This document shows, one piece after another, positions 42,176-57,446 of a stretch of 64,000 bases of DNA. Position numbers and translations under genes: made by a program. The DNA is from Tubiluchus corallicola. Lineage: Eukaryota; Animalia; Priapulida. Each line of letters opens with the position of its first letter. Positions within the stretch are counted from its first letter, which is position 1. The notes beneath the pieces are model-generated. The model had not been told where the DNA came from and did not search any database. It saw only the letters and a list, made by a program, of their open reading frames with translations. The DNA lies in assembly GCA_030141605.1 (NCBI GenBank), contig JAQGDQ010000119.1, positions 243,005 to 307,004 on the forward strand, in the 5' to 3' direction.

Positions 42176-42727
42176 TTTAAGGGAAGAGACAAGTCACTTA
42201 AGTATGTTGGGTTTATTTTACTGTTATCACTTAAACTTAGAAAAAAATGTGACAAAGAAATCTGCAAAAAAGACGCCTATACACACAGCATAAGTTAAAT
42301 ATAAGTTAAATTATACTGCCACTGTATAGAAATCTTCAGGTGCGGTGGCAACCGCCATTCACTGGAAAATTACGACGTAATTGGTGGATTTCGTGACTTC
42401 TCGTAAGCGCATTGTGACTTTCCCAAAGCCCGCGCTGCTTAGGCAAATTTAGACTTCTGCGGCTTACTTAATGTTCTTGCAAAAAATGCCACAACATGAC
42501 CTATCTAATTTTTCATAAAAACTTACTATGCTTTTGACAGAAGTTGACAGTGCGCTACTTTTCCTCAGCGGATGAACGACGTCATTGGTGGAAGAACGTG
42601 CGCTCAAAATGGGAACGCCCAAACATGAAATAATCGGGACTTCATCGTGATTTTACTAAATACACGAGGTGCTTTTTACGCTTTTATTACAAAATTCTTC
42701 TAACATTTTTCGCAAATATTGAAATAA
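42176..42727 (+). mobile_element. Second, longer copy of the Kolobok-like repeat
   Basis: Starts TTAA-GGGAAGAGACAAGTCACTTAA. Homologous to the reverse complement of 30868-31327. Confidence 0.65.
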
Positions 42728-42879
42728 GCATAGCGTACCAGAAGGTTTGGCCTTTCTTGTAACAAATAATAGATACATCGCAAGCCGCGTTTAGCCCCGC
42801 CCAACTTGATGACGTAACACACATTCTCACAAGCTCCCTCCCTGTAAGTGCTTATAGCATGTAAATAAATGAAAAACAT

Positions 42880-43195
42880 GGAAAAATTTGGCACTAGAAA
42901 GTTTGGGGCGTACAGGTAAAACTTGGTCCTAGTAACTTTGGTACGAAGAAATTTTGAAACCGGGAAAAGTTCCTGCTGGGAACTTTTAGTACAGCGAAAT
43001 TTTACCACTAAATTGGGTACAAGAAAAGGTGGTACTGGGAGGACTTAATATAGTACTGGCAAGGGTTGGCAAACATTTTTAGTACAAGTAAATCTGGTAC
43101 AAGGTAAAAATGGTACGGAACTGGTTTGGTACTAGAAAAGTTTAATTGGTGCTAGGAAAATATAATACAGACAAAATATGGTACAAGGAAAGCAT
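42880..43195. repeat. Degenerate ~15-bp minisatellite (GGAAAATTTGGTACT-like)
   Basis: TGGTAC and GAAAA motifs recur at roughly 15-bp spacing. Confidence 0.65.
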
Positions 43196-44694
43196 TTTTT
43201 GTAAAATCTACAAAATGATCATACGTTTAAGATCATATTAGGCATTACGAATGATCAGTTATAAGGACTTATATGAGCAGTATTAGGCTTTAAACAATAT
43301 AAGTTAAATACCCCAGAAAAACTGTGAATAACATATAACAGGTCTGCCAAATACTGGATATTCAGCCGTAATAAATACTAATGCAATAGTAGATTTGGCA
43401 ATCCCTTGTAACAGCATAAAAGCTTATAGGAAACTAATTACCTTGGTACAGAGAGCGTTTTTATTAATTTAACGGCTCAGCTCATGTTGTCTACCTAGTT
43501 GGGAGAGATTTTTTCAGCTGCTGATTTCTTTAAATTTTTTGGTTTGGAGAAACTCAAAAATCTGACTGGTTCGAGTCCTTCCAGGCACCGTACGTCTACA
43601 TAACATTATCCAAGAATAATGTTTCACCACTATAATTTCTCTCTACTATTGCTAGACAAATTTTAGTTCCAGAAATCTTGTATGGCTGGAGAAAATAAAA
43701 GTAATGATAATAATACCCACTAGATCTTAACTCTCGCTGTATATTTCAATGCCATTTCTGCACGAGTTTGTGATCCGCTTTTGTTGCGCAACTCAGATGG
43801 TGGAGGAGGCAAGCAAAGGGGAGAGCTAATTGGCTGTTACGAGGGGAGGCCCGCTGGTTGATTAATGTTTTGCGATCTATGTATTGGTTAGGGGATAACC
43901 TTCCAATTACGAGGGTATGCCCTTTATATCTGAATACAGTTGTTTTTCACACTGTTGGCACTGTAAAACACTGAAAGAACTATAAGTTCATGGGTTAGCG
44001 TGAGGTTTTTAGATAACCAGGATTTAATTTGTATTGCAGCAGGCTGATACCAAATGAAGCTACTCTAATAGTTTTTCTGGAAGGAAATGGCGTTAGAATG
44101 GGGAGAATGTAATCTAATTTTAATTAATGAAGCAATAAGAATTCTTGAAGTAAAAAGTTTCAATATAGAAGTGTTTTCTTTCATAGGGTAGCTGAGGTTA
44201 ACTACAAGATTTTAGAATCCAGTTAAGTTATAATGCAAAGTCTGCTTGTCCAGTCAACAGAGGGCGCCACCATGATATCGCTGAATAGATCAATTTATAT
44301 CATTGGAAAGGCGCTTCAGTAGAGCTTCAACATACTGAAAGAATGAATGAAAGAAGGAATGAGGAAAAAAGATGGCAGGAACGAATAAACGAATGAACCA
44401 ATGAATGAATCAACAAATGATAGAATGCATGAATAAAAATATTCATAAGGGAGTGACTGAAGGGGTGTGTGTTGGCTGAATGAGCATGCGAGCAAACAAA
44501 CGAATGAAGGAACAAATAAACAAACAACAAAAAGAACGAATGAAATATGTTCTTGTAGCAGCACTTTTCGTTACATTATTTTTGTCCAGAAATAAACTTT
44601 CTGATAAAAGTGCAACCAATGAAATGGCATATTTCGCTATTTGTGTTTTTAAATTTTAAATGCCTTCCTTCTTTCTTTACTTATCCGTAATCTT

Positions 44695-44743
44695 GCCTAC
44701 TTATTTATTTACTTACTTACTTGCTTGCTTGATTGCTTACTTG

Positions 44744-44777
<34 letters not shown>

Positions 44778-44782
44778 TCTTA

Positions 44783-44823
<41 letters not shown>

Positions 44824-45060
44824 CTACCTACCTACCTACCTACCTACCTACCTACCTACCTACCTACCTACCTACCTACCTACCTACCTACCTACCTACC
44901 TACCTACCTACCTACCTACCTACCTACCTTCCTACCTACTTACCAGTTAGCTACCTATCAACTTACCTGCCTATTTACTAATTGACTAACTGACCGACCG
45001 ACTTTACTTACTCACTTACCCACCTACCTACCTAGCTACCTACCTACTTATTTGCTTACT
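44695..45060. repeat. (TTAC)n-(CTAC)n microsatellite
   Basis: Directly visible. Confidence 0.95.
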
Positions 45061-46999
45061 TTCAAACTTATGCAAGTTAACTAGTAATAATTAGAATGAC
45101 AGGCGTTCATGTTCTGCACTGAAACTGGCTCTAGCGTGATGTAAGGACAGTGAAAATTCTGTTTAAGTCGCCATATTGATCACCACATTTTGAATTAACA
45201 ACCCATGTAGAACGATGTTTAGCTACTTTAATCAGATATTAAACACTGAAGTTAATTTATGACGGTCAGGTTTGCACAAGCAATTTGCTTTACCTAATGG
45301 ACTTTTCTGCTTGACAAACGAAAACACTCAATGGTTTTATTGTCAACGTAAAATAAGTTAGATAAATTGCCATAACACTAACATGTTACACATGGACTGT
45401 ATGTATTTCTAAGCATTTCATGTTTAAACAGTAGTCTAAATTATATGTGCAAAAGTAAATGAAAGAAAGTTTTTTCTATAGAAGTAAGCTGTTAGCTGAA
45501 AATGTGTAAGTTGTAAACCTGAGTGACTGGTAAACTCAAGTCATATAAATTTACTGAACACAAAGCGCGTTCTTGTTCTTCAAGACTGCATTAGACTCGT
45601 GTAAGTAAACCATTTCTTCAACCTTTCAGTGTGCGGCGCTTCTGATCTCAGAATAAATGATTTACACATGAAAGTGATCATAAACAATCTTACAATAAAT
45701 AAATTGCCTTAAAGTAACTAAAGTTTCATTAAACAGTAAGTAAACAGTGTGAGTGTGAGCAAGTGCTTCAAAATTTCTTCCAAATTGCTGAGTTTGAGCT
45801 AAGTGCTATGCTAGGTAAAGTGCAACTTAGTGTTTTCAATTTCAAGTGATTACTAATAGAAAATGTAGACAAAGCTGCATGCATTTTGAAATGTAATGTT
45901 TGTAGTGTATGTTGTACCTGCTATTAACAAGAAAAAGAAACCTTTAAAAATTAAAAACTAAAAACCTCTTCTGTGAAACATGACTGTATTCGTCATCTAA
46001 ATAAGCTCGTCTCAGTGCAAGTAAACACCACAAAACTGTGTAAGCTGCTTTACTTAAGTTGCGGTTCCAGAAAAATGCTTCAATAGATGGTTACAGTGTG
46101 AAATCTTTACCAAGCAAGGAAAATAATAATTTCAACAGAATTTACACATGTGTTGTTTAAACACACGCGTAAATACAAAACAGCGACGAACAGATTTTCT
46201 TATATTTCTGTAAAATTTAACCACATAAGTTGAAAGTCAAAAAGTACAAAAAAGTTGAACTTTTTTATATTTAAAACAGGAATGTTAGGAATGCAAGCTT
46301 TCTTCGCTTTTTAAAGTAGTTTTTATTATTTTAATAGTTTTCATTTTACCTTGTATTGTAGTTTTGTTCGGTCATTAATTACCGAAATAATTTAACATAA
46401 GCTTGTATTAGTAGACGATCCAATTCCTAGGAAATTGCTTTTCAGAAAAATACCTTTGACAACCAGCCAATGCCGTTCACTTGTTCCCTTCCCTTTCCCC
46501 GTCCTCATCACCCACGTTCATCGATCAAACACCTGACTAATGGAGTTGCAATAATTCGGGGGGGGGGAGAGGAGGCCACACGAATTGCAGTGTTTACCCT
46601 TGCGCAGGCCTCCTACCCACATGTATTGGTAGATTTACTACTATCGTGTAAATTTGTTGCTATGTGTTATGATTATATGCGGGAAAATAACGATATATAA
46701 TAATACAATACAATACTTCTGACCAATTAGTGACCAAGTAATTTTGACCAATTAGCTTCAAAACTAATATATGTATGTTACATTGGTTAAGGATCAAAAC
46801 TAATATACGTTTCGTTAGAGTAGTACACGTTACATGGTACATGTTATTTGCCTGCTTTCTTGTTGTAAGATCGTGCTTTAGTGGCATCTATAACAGATGC
46901 AAAACGAAGCATGTGAAGTATGATACCAGTTATTGTTGCTGTGAAAATTATCATAACAATTTTCTGTAAACAACGAGATGCTGTCATTTATGAGAATAT

Positions 47000-47340
47000 T
47001 TCACCCTCTCCTGTCTGCAGCTAACAAAGCTCTTCTACTCTTAAAGATTTAGGTTGATGTTGTTGAGCATCTTTATTTAATGTTGGTGTCCAGCTGGTTT
47101 ATGTCAGCTGATTTTTTTGCAAGGCTTTAAAGCCTCTTCCAGGCGACTATTTCTGGTGTTTCGATCACTTGGGGATCTGTGAGATGTCATAAATACCATG
47201 TTATTCTTCGTTGTCTGACTTTTGTGTTTCTTTTGTTATAGTGCATAATTCTTTATTTTTATGAATGGTCACCTTATCTTTAAAAGCTTCATAGGAGACG
47301 TCTGTAATACGCGTCAATTTGCTTTTCTTGAGCCATCGTT
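47000..47340 (-). mobile_element. Degenerate RTE-like LINE C-terminal remnant
   Basis: Minus strand gives EKQIDAYYRRLL...VRQRRITWYL*HL...ETPEIVA, with stops. This resembles the RTE pattern RRLRWFGHL...ETPA. Confidence 0.6.
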
Positions 47341-49510
47341 AAACGTCATGTTTCGCTGTTGCACATAAAATAATATGCTGGCAATGTTTGCATTAAATGG
47401 CCGAAGTACGTACATCGTGTATTAAGACTTTATTTCGTACAATGATCAATCTACTAACTTAGTGCAAATCACCGAACTCAATAAAGTTTACGCTTACGCT
47501 TTTGCACAAAGTTGAAAGTGCCACAGCTTTCATTTTGCTTATGCAGCTCATCACTCCAATTTGATCCGACCGATGCAGTCTCCAACTCACGAATTGACTG
47601 AAGCCAAACAAACTTTAATAAACTGCTTTTGGACATCGCAGCTGAAAGCACTTACTGTTTAATAAACGTGTTACAGTGAATTGCCTGTTCTGTTGGCGCT
47701 TCCTGTGAGGCGTACTGATTGACTGAATACGGTGCAATGAATCCGCAATAAGTTTGTAAAAATAAAATAACAAGATGATTTGGTACATATATACGTAACG
47801 TTAAACCAGAATTAGACACCAAAGATGAAATATTGTGACTCTAAAAGCCCAATAGCATCTTCGTGAAGAGCATTGCTGAGCATTGGGCAATTCTAGTTGA
47901 AGTAATTTCTCGTTTTCTTTCATATTCTTTTAGTGTAACGTGACATAAGTACATAAATATACAGTTAAAAATTAATTTTCCCGACAAAAACACAACAAAT
48001 TCGCACAAAATACATTCACGTTAAAACTTCTCTATAATTTAGTGGAGAGATACAGACAGCCCTAAAGGATTTTACATAGCCTGAATTAGTGAGACTGAGT
48101 AGAACTATTAATATTTACAGTGTTGTCCAAAAATTTGAAACGAATCTGAAAATAATTTAAAATTTAAAATACAGAAATTTCAAGAATAGGTCTTTTCTCT
48201 AGTGTAATTTCGTAGGGACGCTTTTCAATGATTCTTCGTTTTCATTTGGTAATGCTTTCTAGATAGATATAGTTCTTACTGCAAAAAAATATTTCCCGCA
48301 ATTTAAAATTTTTTCCTTAATTGCAATATTCGAAAGATGAAAAAATCATCATAATCTATATTTATGAGTGAATACAGGATTCTCTATACATACTGTAAAT
48401 CAGTTACGCATTAGCGTTCTATATTTAAGAATACCTAAATTTAATAATTGCAATTTTGTTGCATAATTTGATTAATTTCCCTGCAAGTCAGACATTTCTG
48501 GCAGCTGCGCATTATTATAAAACTATCTTGTAACTACACATGCATAAATTCGAATTTCAATTAAATCAGTCAGAATTCGGGAATTCTTTGACTAAATTGC
48601 TGTAGTAAGAATAGTTGTGTCTTTCTTGAAGTGTTAATTTGGGTGAATGGAGTTTCTTGCAAGCAGATTCGTCATAGTTAACTATCAGTACTAAAGACAA
48701 TTAGTTTCAGTCACTATGTACTTTTACATTATTGGGCCTTTGTGAGTGTATGTAATTTTTTTTTAATTTTAACTTAGCAAAAATAATGTTAGACCGTCGA
48801 AAACCGAAGTACCAACCGACCGACCGACCGACTGATCAATCAGGCTAACCAAACAGCTAATAGAAAGGCGGTTTATCAAATTAACAGACAATCTAAACAA
48901 CCAGACTAGTCTAACAAACAAGTAACTAACCAAGGAAGTAGCCAAGCAACCCAACAAACAGTCAAACAATCAATCATCCGAATCAATTGGACATTTCCCA
49001 TAAATTTTACAGCCTCACGTCGAGTTGAAAATGATTCATTTCTCCTGTGTAAGAGAAGCCAACTCGCGGGTGCAGTTGACAAGTTATATGGAATTTAAGA
49101 TATTTACAAGCTAACTTCTGTCATTTTCACGTGTTTTTAAGTGCCACATGACAAATAATAGCAAAGCATGAGCAGCAAATCATCGAATGCTTCAAGTGTC
49201 TTAAAATTGGAATTAACTTGGTTGACAAGCTCGCCGGCTAGGATTTGTAAGATTCACAGGAACATTTATACTACCTCGTGTGAAATTTAAACTTGTGTTG
49301 TTAGAATTTAGAGCAACACGCGGTGGAATCGCTAAACTTTTTGTTGTCTTCGCCGTCGTCATCGTCACCGCTGTTACTGTTTCTACAATTGTTGTCACAG
49401 GTGATGTAATCACCGCCAACATAGTCATCGTCGTTACGGCTCATTTTTTGAAAACTTATACTTGGGAGATGTCAGTGGTAGAGTATCTCATCAGGAAAAG
49501 AATGCATGTC

Positions 49511-49830
<320 letters not shown>

Positions 49831-49870
49831 TTACAGTTATAATAAGTTATAATATAAGTATATATATGTG

Positions 49871-49902
<32 letters not shown>

Positions 49903-50395
49903 TGTGTATGCATAATTTCTATAAGCTGTTGACAGAAAGTCGTATTAAGCACAAATCTTCAGCAAATAACAAATGATTGATAGGTGAATAAGGTGGCAAA
50001 AGGTTTGTATTTTCTATCTAGTCATCATCAGTGGCGTAGCTAATAGAGGAGAGCTGTCAGAGCCACGGTAACCTCAACCGTTATCATGTAACATTAGTGA
50101 CAATCCATCCGAAATGTATTAATTATCTGCTTGCTTGTTTTTGCTTCCTTGTGTTCGATCTGTTATTGCCTTACTTCCGTTCTTCATAATTGGCTACTGA
50201 TGAGTGATTAATCGACCAACCGACCAACTGAGTGATGGACTAGTATTTAATGATGTTCAAGGTCAAGGCTTATTAATTGAATTGACAGGAATATGCAGTA
50301 TAGGCGTTATTTGACGCCGAGGTAATGACACACAGTAATTATGCTAACACTAATACAACAATGGTGGTTACTAGCAACAACATGAGATGGTAAGA

Positions 50396-50875
<480 letters not shown>

Positions 50876-52145
50876 TTCATTGTTCTGCGGCGGACGAAGT
50901 GATAAATTACAGATCTACTAAAACCTACTAAGTATTAAGTTAGTGGTTTCCGAAACACTAGATGCGCAATCGAGCTGGCGCATGCGCAAGGCGATGCTGA
51001 TTTTTGCAAAAGGTGCATGAAAAGTAAACCGAGAGCATGTGGCGTGGACCACAGGACGGCGATCAGTAATGATGCTCTTACGGGGATTAACCGTGCTCTC
51101 TGTATACCGAGTCGATGGAATATTGATGTAAAACCGAGAGCTCTGACTAATCTGCGCTTGCTTATACCTTGCATTTAGTTTGTCAACAGTGGGTGCTTAT
51201 TTTCAGTGTACATAGTGCGTCAGTAGAACTCGCCAAGACTAGCTGTGAGTGTAGGCGTGATGGAAAAAACCTGTTTTTCCTGCGGTTATCTTGTTTCCGT
51301 GGAATTGTTGCAGTTTTAAGGGCACGGTTGATTTCATATGAATCAGTTGCAAAAACTTAGTGAGATTCAACTCTTTACCTACCTCGCTTTGAAACTATGT
51401 TAATTTGAATATCAAATTGTAGCAGCTTCTTGTTTAAGCTCTCGGTAGGTAAATTTTGATTACTTTTGTGATGAGTGTAAGTGTTTCAGAGAAATCTGTG
51501 TTCTTTTTGTTGATCCGTTTTCCAAGAATGATTTGAATTAATTTCAGTGTTAAGCGAAAGCCCTGTGGTTAAGTACACATGAATGAATGAATTGAATTTT
51601 TGAATTGAATTTAAACCTTTATTTCAGAATTACTTCCATTCAAAACGGTAGTTTAGTACAAAATAAAATGCAGCGTTTAGACAGCCTGCTTTTAAGTGAG
51701 TAAATACATTTTCGAATTATGGCATCAAAATACGGTATTTTAAGTAGAACGCACATTCTCCATGCAGAACAGTCATATTGTAGCTCAAATAACTTTCCGA
51801 TACCTTTGTTGTACTCAATTTTTATGTGACTAAAACTATAATAAAGAAATTTGTACCGCAGAGCTGCTCAGTTAAAGTGTGACGATATAAACGGTTTCCT
51901 TTTTACGTTTTGAGAAATTTCTTATTAATTTGTTACTCACGTGACTCACATGCGAAATTCAACAAGATTCAACTTTTACGTACTTACAACTGAAATTGTG
52001 CTAATTTGCTTTTCAAAGAATCAGGCTTCTTTCTAGCTCTGAAACTTCTGTAGGTAAATTTAATTACTTCTAGTCGCTGTTTATTATTTACTTGTGCAAA
52101 TTACTTTAAAATCGGCAGGCAGAAAAAATACACCTTTGCTGTTAA

Positions 52146-52620
52146 TTAAAGGCCTACATCCCCCAAATAGACAGTAAAGTTTTTTAATGTATTATTAGGA
52201 TTACACAAAGAATTCACAGTTACTATTAAACAAAAGGAACTTATAAATTAAATAACTTACCTTTTTCTGGCAAATTTCGAACACGTGCATTGCCGTAAAG
52301 ATCGCCATGTTTCGCGCCTTTTGCACGAGTGAGACGAGAATGACGTACGAGATACAGAAAGCGTCTTTGGTTACCAATCTTTGTTTACCGATCTTTGATG
52401 ACCTCGTGACTGCACTTATTACGTCATTCGTCTCACGCAGTGAAAAATGGCGATTCTTCACATTTAATATCGCTAACAATGAAATGATAAAAAATCAAAG
52501 GAAACAAGTTTTACAGTAAGTTTGTAATAAAATAAATTAAATATTCGTAATGAGAGTAGGATATTAAGTTGCAAAAGCTTATATTATAGTAAGGGGCTGA
52601 GGGTTTAGTTTGAGTTTAAT
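52146..52620. mobile_element. Palindromic MITE-like element starting TTAA-AGG (Kolobok-like)
   Basis: Internal inverted repeats ATCGCCAT/ATGGCGAT (52301 and 52447) and GTGAGACGAGAATGACGTA/TACGTCATTCGTCTCAC (52329 and 52420). Boundaries approximate. Confidence 0.5.
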
Positions 52621-53762
52621 TAATGAGCTATGGGCCTAACTGTAGCATATTCTAACTTGAACTTGACAAGCTTTCCAGGGACATTTAAAACTGCATCTGT
52701 CTTCCTCGGCAGCCATGCAGCTTAGGCGTGCCTGCTGTTAAGCTTTACTCGACGTGTGAAAAATTTATTGCAGCCTGTAAACCTTTGATGAATGAAACTT
52801 AAAAGTGTAGAGCACTTTGCCATCACTATTGATTGGTGCACCATCTGCATTTCAATCTAGAAAATAAAATTTCTAGTTTTTATTTGGGTAGCCCGTCCCT
52901 AATAACAGAATCTAAGGCGGTCCGCAGGTGTGTGTAGTAGGTGTGACTGAGTCAGGCTGGCACTGGCACGTACCATAATGTCGCAAATTATTATTTTATT
53001 GCCACTACAATTTCTGTAATTTCGTTACCGTATGAAGTTCGTTCAGCAGACATTGGTACTAAGACTGTCATTTGACGACAACAACGTATCGAATGTCACT
53101 CGAAAACAAGTTTTTGTTTTGTCTTTGATGAACAAACATTACAGTAATCTATTTGTGATATTATAGTAATTTTATTCACGCATGGTACGTACGTAACTTC
53201 GTGTGAAGTAGCATCGAGCTTATATACCAGATATAGCTCTTCGTTTATGTGTAACTAAAATGAGGTAATATAAACATACTTTTCTATTTCAGTTGTTTCA
53301 AGATTTTGTTAACTAAGATTCTCTGGTTTCCTGCATCCTAGTTCAAAACTTTAATCGATTTTTATTGAAATTAACCAAAAAGTCAAAATAAAAATAAGCT
53401 AAATGTAATTTTAGATAGAAAAATTACTGTTAAATAAAAACTGACAAAATTAGAAAATATGGAGCCTTTATTGCAGAAATTACTGGCCTATTATTTAGAA
53501 ATCTGGGCTTAAAAGACTGGTGCTGCATGGATATAGTTTTGCAGTTTCGATTACGTTGTATTTATTTGAAAGATTGATGATATCTAAGTCCTTTGCGTGA
53601 TTTGAGACTCAAAGTCATGCAAAATATTAACGGCATAATTTGTCTTTTTTGGATTCGATATTCAAAAGATTGAACATTTGTTTCCATTAGAACATCATTT
53701 TTAACTGACTAAAATAATTTATTATTACATGCGACGTTTATGATGCCGCTTAGTCATTCAGA

Positions 53763-54598
53763 TTATATTATATAATTCTCTTTTTTTACCATATCTAAAT
53801 AATTCAAACATTATTTGGGGAAGCACATACTCCAGTCGATTGAAAAAAATTCTTCTGATTCAGAAGAAAATAGTGCGAGCTATAACATTTGCCGGTTATC
53901 AGGACCATACACCGCCAATATTTAAAAGACTAAACTTTCTAAACATTTACGACATTAATAAGTTCCAAACTGCCATTTTCATGTACAAATTCTCTCATAA
54001 ATTATTGCCTCCCTTATTTACTGATTATTTTTGTTTGAATGCTGAGATACATAATTACGGCACACGTTATAGGCTGCACTATCACTACATACAGTGTAAC
54101 ACTGTTAGAAAATTTTCTATTAAATACAATGGCCCTTACATATGGAATTCAATTGCTCCAGCTATTAAAAATGTCAACTCGCTTTCCATATTTAAAAAAT
54201 ATATAAATTAAACTTACTCGAAACATATAACTGATGACTCAATCATGATTTGTTGTTTTCTTTTTCAAAAACTGTATAGTAAAATAAAATTTTTAATACT
54301 TCCCACCCGTATTTATATTTATATTTGTATATATTGTAATGTTGTATCTATGTTGTATATGTAATGTTGTATATTGTAATGTTGTATATTGTAATGTTGT
54401 ATATTGTAATGTTGTAATGTTGTATATATTGCAATTTTTTTCGTAATTCTAGTGGCCTACCATAAGCTAGCTTCCTAGGTCTCTAGCGCAGTATACATGA
54501 ATTTTATCATATTTTTGTATTAACAAAACCTGATGCACATGTAATGTAATGTGATGTATATGTATATGTTTAATGCGAAATAAATCTATTAAAATCTA
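53763..54598 (+). mobile_element. 5'-truncated CR1-group LINE 3' end, a different family from 1-6723
   Basis: LYNSLFLPYL..IIWG...IQKKIVRAI...HTPPIF...HNYGTR...GPYIWNSI. 3' UTR with 15-bp tandem repeats and AATAAA at 54579. Confidence 0.85.
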
Positions 54599-54605
54599 AG
54601 ACAGC

Positions 54606-55042
54606 TATAAACTAGCTCAAATACTCTAATCGTGTTCTACATGACCAAAGACCTACTAAAAAGAGTTGTTAAGATGCATAAAAATTTTCCGAATTAGGCC
54701 TGCCAATATAAATGACGCCTTTTAATCATTCATACAATTATAAACTAGCTCAACTGCTCAAGATGTTCTTCGTAATGGATAGGCCTACTAAAAAATGCTA
54801 GGGTATACGAGATATTAAGAGAATTGTATAAGAGATATATACGTATAAAAAGAAACTTTTCTGAATTAGGCATTCCAATGTAAGTGACACCTTTTAATCA
54901 TTCATAGAACTACTACAAATTAGCTCAAATACTCTAATCATGTTCTACATACTCTAATAGGCGAAGGCCTATTAAAAAAGATGTTAAGGTATACATTAAG
55001 AGAATTTTCCTAATTAGGCCTTCGAATATAAGTGATGCCTTT
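54606..55042. repeat. Three diverged tandem copies of a ~130-175 bp unit
   Basis: TAGCTCAA...GCCTACTAAAAA...TTTTCYGAATTAGGC...TAAGTGAYRCCTTTT occurs three times. Confidence 0.8.
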
Positions 55043-55685
55043 TGTTTACAGTTCTCGCCTGGCATTAGGTTTCACCTATACATATCTTCGACATTCTTAA
55101 TTGTAAACAAAGTGTCAGGCGATAAATCAATATCACACTTTCATTCGCAACCATAGAGATGTGATTGCCTCAATGATTACTGCACGTACTTATAGCCTAC
55201 CTTTATTGCAGCTATAATTATTGTAGTCTAACCACGTGACGGCTGTTGCTATATAATATGGCTGTTGCTCTACGAGAAATCTTCGAAAGTGACAACACTT
55301 TCACGATTCAGTAAGGGGCGAATCCATGCAGCGGGAAACCGGAATGTTTCTCACGCACATTAACTAACTGTAACTATTTTTGCTACATGCTTTGTTAGCA
55401 ACCTTGGCAGTAGCAATTGTCATATACTTGTGTGAGTTCAGTTTAAGAATGATGAAACCGTATGTTAACTCGCTGGGGATTAAGCCAATTATTTTGTCGA
55501 AGTTCTCTGTGCACACTGCGTTATTGATCATGTTTTGTCATTTAGTTGAGTTTAGAGTGAGAAATATCTTTGACTCGAAGCAATACATCAAAAGTCTATT
55601 GAGACAGTAGTGCGCATATATATAGCGTGTTTAGTGCAAAATCAGTTCGTCCTGAACGAAGCCAGGTGTGTGAGTAAGCTGCTCT

Positions 55686-56190
55686 AGCAGTAGTAGTAAA
55701 TTTATTGCCTGGTGACAGACAATTCGTAGTACAAATAATTTCAAAAACTGCAAGTTAGGCTAGTTAAAATCTAATCACTTGAAAATGTTAAAATACTCAT
55801 ACACAAAATGCATCAGACTATGTCAGTCTTAGTTGTTATATGACTGTATTGTTACTAAAACGCAAATTGTTATAACGTTTTGTTATAAAGTTCTCTATAT
55901 GCTCTTCACCCTGTACGTCTCTTCTGCAAACACAGAGGCGCTCCTCCCTGGGTAGCCTATTCGATCTCTTTCCTTTTCATGAACATTGAAACTGAATTCA
56001 CGGTTTAGGTAGACTTTATGTATCTCCAATTGAGGGTTGACTGTCCTGTAGGTCGTGTACTTAGATCCAGATGAGTTAAGGATTTTATCACATAATTTCC
56101 ATATCGGTAGGATTTTCTTGCAGTGACCTCACGTTAAAAACATACTTGGCTGCACGGCTTCGGCAAGAATCGTGGTTTGTGCAAGTCAGC
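55686..56190 (-). mobile_element. Degenerate RTEX-like LINE 3' end with (CTA)n tail
   Basis: SKYTTYRTVNPQLEIHKVY and RLPREERLCVCRRDVQGEEH on the minus strand. AATAAA and (TAG)n at 55686-55706. Confidence 0.7.
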
Positions 56191-56923
56191 ATGGTCACGC
56201 ATTCTTGACCAAAAACATGCATGGTACAAAATGCACGTGCTCAACTTTTAAAGAACCGTGTAGCAGAATATTAATAAACTTGAACTTTTTTAAAACTCTG
56301 CTAGATGATTCTACGAGATGATTCCTAGGTAATCGAACATTGCGAAGTCAGTGAAGCCAATTCTTATAATGACCTTCAGACCAGTTACCCGTTGAAACGA
56401 AATGTGATTTCTAGCTGTTCAAGCAATTCGATTTCAATAAAAGTAAAAATTATGACCTTTACACACACAAAAAACAAAAATCATTTTAAGGTGAAATTAT
56501 GTAGAAAATGATTTCATTGGTTATTTATTACATTAATTATTTTCTCATTTTTATTTTAAGTTTATTTCATACATTTAAAATTACATAGCATTATATAAAA
56601 ATTTTTAAATATTCAGCTATACTATAAAATTATAAAGAAACTACTAAAATATTCACATATATGCGTGCATGCGCACCCAGACGCAAAACACAAAAAACGC
56701 ATGACAGTTCATTAAAAAATACAATACCAATAACACCCAATAAAAGTTACATATTTTAAAAAATAAAAAATGTTGATCTCACAGTGCAAAACATAGTTTC
56801 TACCCATTCGTTCATATATTGTATTATGATATAAAGAGTAAACATTCAATTCATCAATTATATCATTAGGTAGTTCTGCGACTAACATTTACATGTTGAT
56901 ACAAAACAAATGCTGCTTGCCAG

Positions 56924-57283
56924 CCAGGCCGGACTATGACCCCCTCAGACGGAGCCACCCTGTTGCACCCGCACCCGTCTTGGATATCTTCAGTCATGAT
57001 AACTTTTAGCGACATACACATACCTTGAAGTAAACTTATTGCAAATTCTTTACATAAACAAGAATAGCTAGCTATCTCTTATTTGTGAATAAAAATATTC
57101 TTTAAGAAACACGACTATTTTGCTATTCATTGCAAACCAAATTAGCACATATTTCAACACAACCGTAGTGAAAAACAGATTTTTCGTCAAATTTTACCAA
57201 AGCTAGAAGCCCCCCACCCCCACTCCCAGCTTGAGAGGCCCAAAGCTGCAGCCTATACTAGCCGACAGGATAATCCGGACCTG
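56924..57283 (-). mobile_element. hAT-like MITE, same family as 34947-35300
   Basis: Terminal CAGG(C/T)CCGGA(C/T)TA inverted repeats. Both ends are homologous to the ends of 34947-35300. Confidence 0.6.
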
Positions 57284-57446
57284 CTTACCATTACTTCTGA
57301 TACAGTCAAAAAACGCCAGCTATTTCTTATGCTAACTATTCTTCCTCCAATTAGACATGGCTTTGAAGGAGTTATGTTTACAAACGGAGTATTCCAATGC
57401 GTCTGTAAAACAAGCTGTTCTTAGATTTCGTTTTTATTCGTTTCAG

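Noticed and set aside
44265-44290. Perfect Kozak GCCACCATG
   Set aside because: Followed by a stop after 5 codons (MISLN*).
46560-46625. GC-rich hairpin (AGGAGGCC...GGCCTCCT) as a possible ncRNA
   Set aside because: Only an 8-bp stem and no match to snRNA families I recognise.
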